Below, in pieces: positions 58,113 through 64,000 of a stretch of DNA of 64,000 nt (position 1 is its first letter; every line of letters begins with the position of its first letter). This DNA is from Candidatus Zhuqueibacterota bacterium. GTDB taxonomy: Bacteria; Zhuqueibacterota; Zhuqueibacteria; Thermofontimicrobiales; Thermofontimicrobiaceae. A program made the position numbers and the translations under genes. Under the pieces are notes generated by a model. The model searched no databases, had not been told where the DNA came from, and worked only from the letters and a program-made list of their open reading frames with translations. The stretch spans positions 986,774 through 1,050,773 of the forward strand of contig JBMOPW010000014.1 of NCBI GenBank assembly GCA_049322915.1. The letters are read 5' to 3'.

Positions 58113-58152
58113 CGAAGCGCCCCTGGCAATTTCATCCAGGGGCATAATTTTT

Positions 58153-59205
58153 TTAGAATGCAAGCGCCATGGTGAACATGTGGCCAGTGCCCAAAATTTT
58201 AAAATCGGTGTAGCAATAATCAAATTGAACATAGGCAACATTCAGGTCATACTGAATACCGCCGCCAAAGGTGTAGCTGGCAGTATCGTATGAGCTGTAG
58301 GCATCGTCCTCCACTGAAATGCCACGGAAGCCGGCTCGCAGCGAGAGAATTTTATTCCATTGATACTCAAAACCGAAATTGGAGCGCAGCAGCGCGTCAT
58401 TGGGATCGTAGGCATCGGCGTATATTGTCATGCGGTTCATGTTGCTTTTTACCAGTTGACCTTCGATGCCCACCAATTCGGTGGCTAAACCCATGCGAAA
58501 AATCAGGGGCAATGGAAAGCTATCCGTTTTGAGATAAGCGTCATCCGTCAACGCGCCAGGATTGGTGGGATAACGCTCGGTAGTCACTTGCAGACCTGGC
58601 CCGGTCAATTGCATCTGCCCGCCAAAGTTGCTGAGGCACATACCCAGTTTCAGGCCCATGACGCCAGTATCCAGCAGCGATCCCAGATCGATGGCGACGG
58701 TGTGCGCTTTTTGGTGATAGGCGCCTTCGCGGATATATTTCACAGTACCGCCCAGGCTCAACCGGTCGGTGACAAATCGGCTGTAGGTGATGCCCAGGCT
58801 GTAGGCTTCCCAGGAAAAATACGTCTCGGTGCCATCCGGGCTGGCCAGCGTTGTAATTTCCATATCGCCGGAGTCGAGGTACAACGCACTGACGCCGATG
58901 GTGCTGCCTCCACTCAACGGCTGTACCACACCGAAGAAGTTATAGGCCATGTCAGCGTACAACTGATTCCGTGAGACTGCAAGGGAGGTGCGTTGGATGG
59001 ATGCAATGCTGGCCGGGTTCCAGTAAAGACCGGTGACATCACCGGCGACGGTGACGGCGGCCTCTCCCAGTGCCCCGGCTCGCGCGCCAACGCCGAGCTT
59101 CAAAAATTGCGCCGCCGATGTCCCGACACGACTAATGTCCTGACACAATCCTGGAACGGCAGCAATGAGACATATGATAAGCAGGCTTGCTAAGAATTTA
59201 TTCAT
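58153..59205 (-). CDS. PorV/PorQ-family outer membrane protein
   Basis: RVGTSAAQFLKLGVGARA.ALG, LYWNPA, LPLIFRMG, terminal Phe. Confidence 0.88.
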   Translation of the reverse strand: MNKFLASLLIICLIAAVPGLCQDISRVGTSAAQFLKLGVGARAGALGEAAVTVAGDVTGLYWNPASIASIQRTSLAVSRNQLYADMAYNFFGVVQPLSGGSTIGVSALYLDSGDMEITTLASPDGTETYFSWEAYSLGITYSRFVTDRLSLGGTVKYIREGAYHQKAHTVAIDLGSLLDTGVMGLKLGMCLSNFGGQMQLTGPGLQVTTERYPTNPGALTDDAYLKTDSFPLPLIFRMGLATELVGIEGQLVKSNMNRMTIYADAYDPNDALLRSNFGFEYQWNKILSLRAGFRGISVEDDAYSSYDTASYTFGGGIQYDLNVAYVQFDYCYTDFKILGTGHMFTMALAF

Positions 59206-59268
59206 TTTATCTGATCTCCTTGTTTGACTATGTGAATCCGTTAGAAAATGGAAGCCAATTTTTTCACG

Positions 59269-62200
59269 TTATTTAAGAATGACAAACTTTCCAATTTTTT
59301 TGTTGCCGTTTGGAGTTTCGACGACGTACAGATAGCATCCGTAGGCGATTTCCTGCTGGTTGAACGATAGCATATTCCACCATTCCCAGCCTTCGGTTTC
59401 GCTTTCGTGATGCATCGAGTAGACTCGTTCGCCACTCAGGGTGTAAATATGAATATCACATTCGCTCGGCAGGTTTGTAAATGCCAGCTTTCTGTAATTG
59501 GCATCGAGTTCCCATTCGGCGGAAATCATATACGGATTGGGAACAACCCTGATTTTTTCCAGGTCTTCCAATTTCACAGCGCGATTCATATACGCTAACG
59601 TGTTGACTCGGAAGAAATCTCTGCTGCCATCGAAAGGCTTGCCGCTGACCAGGCGAAGGATATCGCCAGTCACCGGCGTGACGCTCGTATCTTGTTCCGT
59701 GATGGTCGTGTCGAAGACCATGCTGTCCGGTGTGACAAATGTGGTATCAATATCCGTGATCACCAGAATGGGTGGAGCGGTGAATTTCAGTGTGATTGTG
59801 AATGTCCCATTTTCCTGGACTTTTAACTCATCCCCGCTGGTCCAGGTGTTCCTCATTTCCTGGGTTGTGTCGGCCGGATTGGGCGGCGGGAAGTGAGCAA
59901 ACCGCGCTTTTTTATTCAATGTCAGATTCCAGATTTCGAACGGAATCGTATAGGTCGCCGGGAAAAACGCTGTATCCGGTTCATCGGTGAAGCGAATCTC
60001 ATAATCGTACGGCCTCTGTACGACGAAAGTTCCTGAGAAATTCCAGTTACCCACTGATCGTGTTCCCATGGTTTCGTGGAACCATTCCGAGGAATCGGGA
60101 TCGAATTGAATTGATTCGAATTTCTGATCGATAGCGATCGTCATACCATCGATTATTTGAGAGACCTGGCCCTGAATGTTCGTAGAGTTATCGATTATGA
60201 ACTCGCCGGTATCTTCATCTTTCATATCGAACGTCTTAGTCGCGCTGGTGCTATCATCGAATGAAATGAGATAGCTATGTCCGGTGATGGCATAGGGATC
60301 GACAATCTTGATACTGAACAGATGATTGGCATAGCTGCCAGCCAGCGGCGCGACTTCGATATCGGATTCAACATAATTCGAAGGCGTTTTGCCGGGGACA
60401 ACTTCCACCAGGTTCGGAACCGCGCTCGGATTATTGCCTTTGGCTGTTTCCAGCGAATTCAACGGCGCCCATCCATCCGGGTTGAGCGTCACGTCATCGG
60501 AGACGCCCCGGTCGTACGCAGTCACGGAGTACCAATAGGTCTTTCCATTCTGAACATTTTCATCCACGTACATGTGGACGATGCCCGTGTTGCTGCCTAA
60601 ATTGAGATAGGGGTATTGCTTGTCCAAACCGTACACCGTATTGTTCAAATCAAATTGGGCAAGGGGAACGAACCCGACTTCGACGCCATATCCATCAAAA
60701 ATTTTATCGCCCCACTCGTTGCTGGTCGGTGGCGCAGTGGAACGGTAGATTTTATACCCTTCGAAATCGCTGTACCCGCTCATCAAATCAATTGCTTTTT
60801 CAGCGGCGTCGTCCCAGTACAGGGTCACTTTTCCATCTCCGGCAACTGCCGATACAGTTGGAGTCGGAGGCGGATCTGCGCCCTGATAATTCAGTTCGTA
60901 CATGAACTGGGCTGTTCTGGCGTTGAATTTGACATCTGTAGTATCGTCGCCAATCACGAGTGCGAAAGAGAATGTGGTCGTATCGCCGGAGGCCAGATCG
61001 AACGGGCCGGAACTCATGATGAAGACGCAGTCAGTTCCGCCCGGGAACATTTCCTTGAATCCTTCCACCGAGTCGAAGTGTTTATTCAATGTGCCATCCG
61101 GGGCCGGCCAGAAATAAGCATCTTCTTCTTCCGGGGATATATCTGTGTTATCGCCCGAAATGACTTTATATTGAATCAGTTCCGTCCGCGTATTATCGAT
61201 AACGCCGGGCCGAGAACCCCATTCGAACCAGTGCCAGTCGGTGATGCCCAATTGCTCTCCCTGATACCGGTCAATAATGCCGTCATTCTCAAAATCGATA
61301 TCATGAGGAGCCGGAGGCGTTTCCAATAATTTGATCGCCGGGAAGGCTTTGTAATAGGAATCAGGGAAGTCACCAGTGCCATATCGGTAGTCGTAAATGA
61401 AAGCCATGTTATAATGATAGGTGGTGTCATTCTGAACATCATACTCGTTTGCAATAAAAGCCATCCAGTCCAAATTGTCGTGCGGTCGCGTTGGGATGTC
61501 TGAATCGTTGTAAAAACCAACATATACACCGTGATAATCGTAGGGGCTGTTATTGATTATCTGCATCGGGAAAAAGATGATGTCCTCGGCATAGGATCGG
61601 CCATAGGAGAGTCCTGAGATGTTCATTTGAATTCCGAGCGAATAGCCCTGGCTCGTATCGCCGTCACTTTCTGAATAGACCAGACCCTGATTATTCTTAT
61701 CGTATTCGGTCATGCTGAAAAAGATCTCTTTGTCCGAATAGAATTTTCCAACAAGAACTGTGTCATCGGAAGTTGGACATAATTTCCAGGGACGGGTGGG
61801 ATTGTTGAAATCGAAATCAGTCGCTGCCACAGAATCGATGGTAATTTTTCCGGTCACTGGATCTTTAGCCCATAGCCCTGGCCAGTACGGGTATCCATTG
61901 GCATCCTTCGGCCAACTGGCGGGATAGACGCTGGTCGCCATCAGGGGAAAATCAGCCAATGTCGTCGCGGCAGAATTGACATCCCCATAGGTGAGATCGC
62001 CGGAATGGACATTGCCGTACGAGTTAGCTTTGGGGCCCCAATCGTCGCCAGTCCCGTCGATGCTCGCTGAGACAGATGGGCCTTTAAGCATAAGATTCCC
62101 ATTGATGTCCGTTGTATACGGCGTCCAGAGCGGATCCTGAGGCACGCCGATCATCATGCTGAGTTCCGGTATGTAGGAATGACCTTTGTAATCCACGCAG

Positions 62201-62421
62201 GAAATGTCGCTATAATCCCATGTTGAAAGCCGATTGTCGTTGATGATGCCGTGTATCAATTTCCCCATATCCAGCATGCCAACTGCCAGATCGATGGAGT
62301 GAGTTGGTTTTTGCAGAGAAATATTTTGTTTATTCTTATTTTTATCAACGGCATAAACAGAAAAAATTCCGATCACCAGCATCAGAATTACTGTTAAGCC
62401 GAAGAGCACATATCGCTTCAT
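59269..62421 (-). CDS. Large secreted protein with FN3-like domain and T9SS-like C-terminal domain
   Basis: Signal peptide; PP.P.V.A..GDGKVTLYWD, DFEGYKIYRS, YWYSVTAYD; C-terminal IRVVPNPY...FTNLP..C.I.IYT..GE...IGKFVILK. Confidence 0.8.
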   Translation of the reverse strand: MKRYVLFGLTVILMLVIGIFSVYAVDKNKNKQNISLQKPTHSIDLAVGMLDMGKLIHGIINDNRLSTWDYSDISCVDYKGHSYIPELSMMIGVPQDPLWTPYTTDINGNLMLKGPSVSASIDGTGDDWGPKANSYGNVHSGDLTYGDVNSAATTLADFPLMATSVYPASWPKDANGYPYWPGLWAKDPVTGKITIDSVAATDFDFNNPTRPWKLCPTSDDTVLVGKFYSDKEIFFSMTEYDKNNQGLVYSESDGDTSQGYSLGIQMNISGLSYGRSYAEDIIFFPMQIINNSPYDYHGVYVGFYNDSDIPTRPHDNLDWMAFIANEYDVQNDTTYHYNMAFIYDYRYGTGDFPDSYYKAFPAIKLLETPPAPHDIDFENDGIIDRYQGEQLGITDWHWFEWGSRPGVIDNTRTELIQYKVISGDNTDISPEEEDAYFWPAPDGTLNKHFDSVEGFKEMFPGGTDCVFIMSSGPFDLASGDTTTFSFALVIGDDTTDVKFNARTAQFMYELNYQGADPPPTPTVSAVAGDGKVTLYWDDAAEKAIDLMSGYSDFEGYKIYRSTAPPTSNEWGDKIFDGYGVEVGFVPLAQFDLNNTVYGLDKQYPYLNLGSNTGIVHMYVDENVQNGKTYWYSVTAYDRGVSDDVTLNPDGWAPLNSLETAKGNNPSAVPNLVEVVPGKTPSNYVESDIEVAPLAGSYANHLFSIKIVDPYAITGHSYLISFDDSTSATKTFDMKDEDTGEFIIDNSTNIQGQVSQIIDGMTIAIDQKFESIQFDPDSSEWFHETMGTRSVGNWNFSGTFVVQRPYDYEIRFTDEPDTAFFPATYTIPFEIWNLTLNKKARFAHFPPPNPADTTQEMRNTWTSGDELKVQENGTFTITLKFTAPPILVITDIDTTFVTPDSMVFDTTITEQDTSVTPVTGDILRLVSGKPFDGSRDFFRVNTLAYMNRAVKLEDLEKIRVVPNPYMISAEWELDANYRKLAFTNLPSECDIHIYTLSGERVYSMHHESETEGWEWWNMLSFNQQEIAYGCYLYVVETPNGNKKIGKFVILK

Positions 62422-62504
62422 TTAGTATTCCTCCTAAAAGTAGAGAAGTGTGAAGTACATTTTGATCTGGAATTAACAAAAGATATCCATCGTCAGGGCG
62501 TCAA

Positions 62505-64000
62505 TCAGAATTCAAATCTAAAGCCGAGATCGATAGATCTGCCCTGCATCCAAAACCAGGGATGATCCCAGTTTGTGCTATAGTCGGTCCTGCTGTAGCC
62601 GGGATTCGGTTGAGTCGGGCTTCCAGTTTCAGAATACACGCTGAGAATATTTTTTCGATCAAACAGATTGTTCACACGGGCGATGATACCAGCTCGGATA
62701 TTTGTGAACATGGTAAAATCTTTTCGGAATACGGCATTCACGGTATAAACCATGGGACGCCTGGCTGTATTCGGCTCAAGAGATCGACCGCCAATGGAGG
62801 GCGTATAGGGATAACCGCTGCGCAATTGAATTGTATACTGCATCAGGAAATTTTCCAGTGGTTTAAAACCGAAAAGTTTCGGTCCTTGGTTTTTGAGCAG
62901 TTGAATTCCAAAATGCCCGGTGAGTTGGTGCGGTGCATCTACGCCGGAGAGATACTCTTTTTTGGCAACGGTTTCCGATGTCACGCCGTCCCAGTAGCCG
63001 GACCAGGAATAGAACTGGTTCATTTTTGACTGCGACAGGGTGTATTGCAGTTCGCCAAAATAGTTATCGCTGAACTGTTTTTCAATTGTGATATCTATAC
63101 CTTTGGAACTGCCGAAATCATTGTTGGTGATAATGCCGTATGAATAGCCGCCGAGACTGTCCGGATCAAAGCCAGAGATTCGGAAACTGCCGGCGTTGCC
63201 ATTATTCTCTTTCGCCCACGCGGCAACGCGAATGACCCAGAAATCGCTCATCTGGTAATCCACGCCGGCTTCGTAGGAGATGGTTCGCTGTGCATCCATG
63301 TGCGCCCATCCGAAGAAGGGAAGTGGCGAGTTCATATCCAGATGCTGGTTGGTGTACAAATCGCGATAGTCAGGCACCTGGAAGAAATGGCCGTAATTGA
63401 AATGGAATGTGGCGCGATCAGTGATCGGATGACCCACGCCAATTCGGGGGCTGATCTGATATTTTTTCTTGCCTTCATCAACGCCGGACGTGGGATCGGT
63501 CCAATCCGCCCAGGCGCGTCCTTTGGAATTGGCATAGTCCATCCGAACGCCGAGGTTGATGATGAAGTTTTTAAAATCCATTTTATCCTGGATATAAGCG
63601 CAGAATTCCTCGGGCTTTAAATGGTAGTAGGAAGGATAGCCATGAGCCAGCCAGGGATATTGATATTCGAGGAACATGATACCGCCCACTCCCTGGCCAA
63701 AAAGATCGTTCGTCAGACCGAACGTCTTGTATTCCAATCCCAATTTGATTTGATGCGAACGCTGTGCCTGCCATGTCATATCGCCTTTCAACTGAAGCGA
63801 TTGCTGGAAATTTTTTGCCCAGTATTGCTGGGGCGAACCGCGATAAACTTGTTTAATGCTGCCGTCTTCCAGCGTGTCATAGCGGACGAAGGTCAAGTCG
63901 TGATAGAAGCCATTGTTGGAGGTTGGCGTTGGGTATTCTTGGGGGCCAAAATCAACCCAGTAATTGGGATCATCATAGAAGACCTGATAGGCTTCGGAGA
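62505..64000 (-). CDS. TonB-dependent receptor, 3' part (frame open to the window end)
   Basis: AYIQDKM, NLGVRMDY, ISPRIG..HPI, YGHFFQ.P, NLFDRKN, terminal FEF. Confidence 0.88.
   Translation of the reverse strand, partial: SEAYQVFYDDPNYWVDFGPQEYPTPTSNNGFYHDLTFVRYDTLEDGSIKQVYRGSPQQYWAKNFQQSLQLKGDMTWQAQRSHQIKLGLEYKTFGLTNDLFGQGVGGIMFLEYQYPWLAHGYPSYYHLKPEEFCAYIQDKMDFKNFIINLGVRMDYANSKGRAWADWTDPTSGVDEGKKKYQISPRIGVGHPITDRATFHFNYGHFFQVPDYRDLYTNQHLDMNSPLPFFGWAHMDAQRTISYEAGVDYQMSDFWVIRVAAWAKENNGNAGSFRISGFDPDSLGGYSYGIITNNDFGSSKGIDITIEKQFSDNYFGELQYTLSQSKMNQFYSWSGYWDGVTSETVAKKEYLSGVDAPHQLTGHFGIQLLKNQGPKLFGFKPLENFLMQYTIQLRSGYPYTPSIGGRSLEPNTARRPMVYTVNAVFRKDFTMFTNIRAGIIARVNNLFDRKNILSVYSETGSPTQPNPGYSRTDYSTNWDHPWFWMQGRSIDLGFRFEF

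Overview
Bacterial chromosomal segment from a Gram-negative organism. The gene content (PorV-like barrel with TonB receptor, YfhO, lpxB/lpxK, rho-rpmE-DUF1385-prfA-prmC) suggests the FCB group, e.g. KSB1/Calditrichota/Ignavibacteria-like; this is an inference. From left to right: (1) the 5' part of a gas-vesicle cluster on the minus strand: gvpA, gvpA, a GvpC-like gene broken by one in-frame TAA, a 438-aa GvpC-like repeat protein with a C-terminal winged helix, gvpN, and a partial gvpO; (2) an OMP, rhomboid and amidase, then a sigma54-type-promoter OmpR-family regulator and a histidine kinase; (3) a surface-glycan locus (decayed methyltransferase, YfhO, Wzx flippase, methyltransferase, two GT4); (4) small genes and two kinds of miniature inverted-repeat elements, including a three-copy TTAA|CCCT...AGGG|TTAA tandem array; (5) a CxxxY-type cytochrome c maturation operon, serS and nucleotide-sugar genes; (6) an NhaC-family transporter and lipid A genes; (7) an NtrC-family regulator followed by a sigma54 promoter upstream of a sigma-like / zinc-anti-sigma-like gene pair and a HEAT protein; (8) housekeeping genes and a TonB receptor/large secreted protein/PorV-like operon cut by the window end. 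No rRNA, tRNA, CRISPR array or transposase was recognised. All calls come from reading the sequence and ORF translations; no searches were run.
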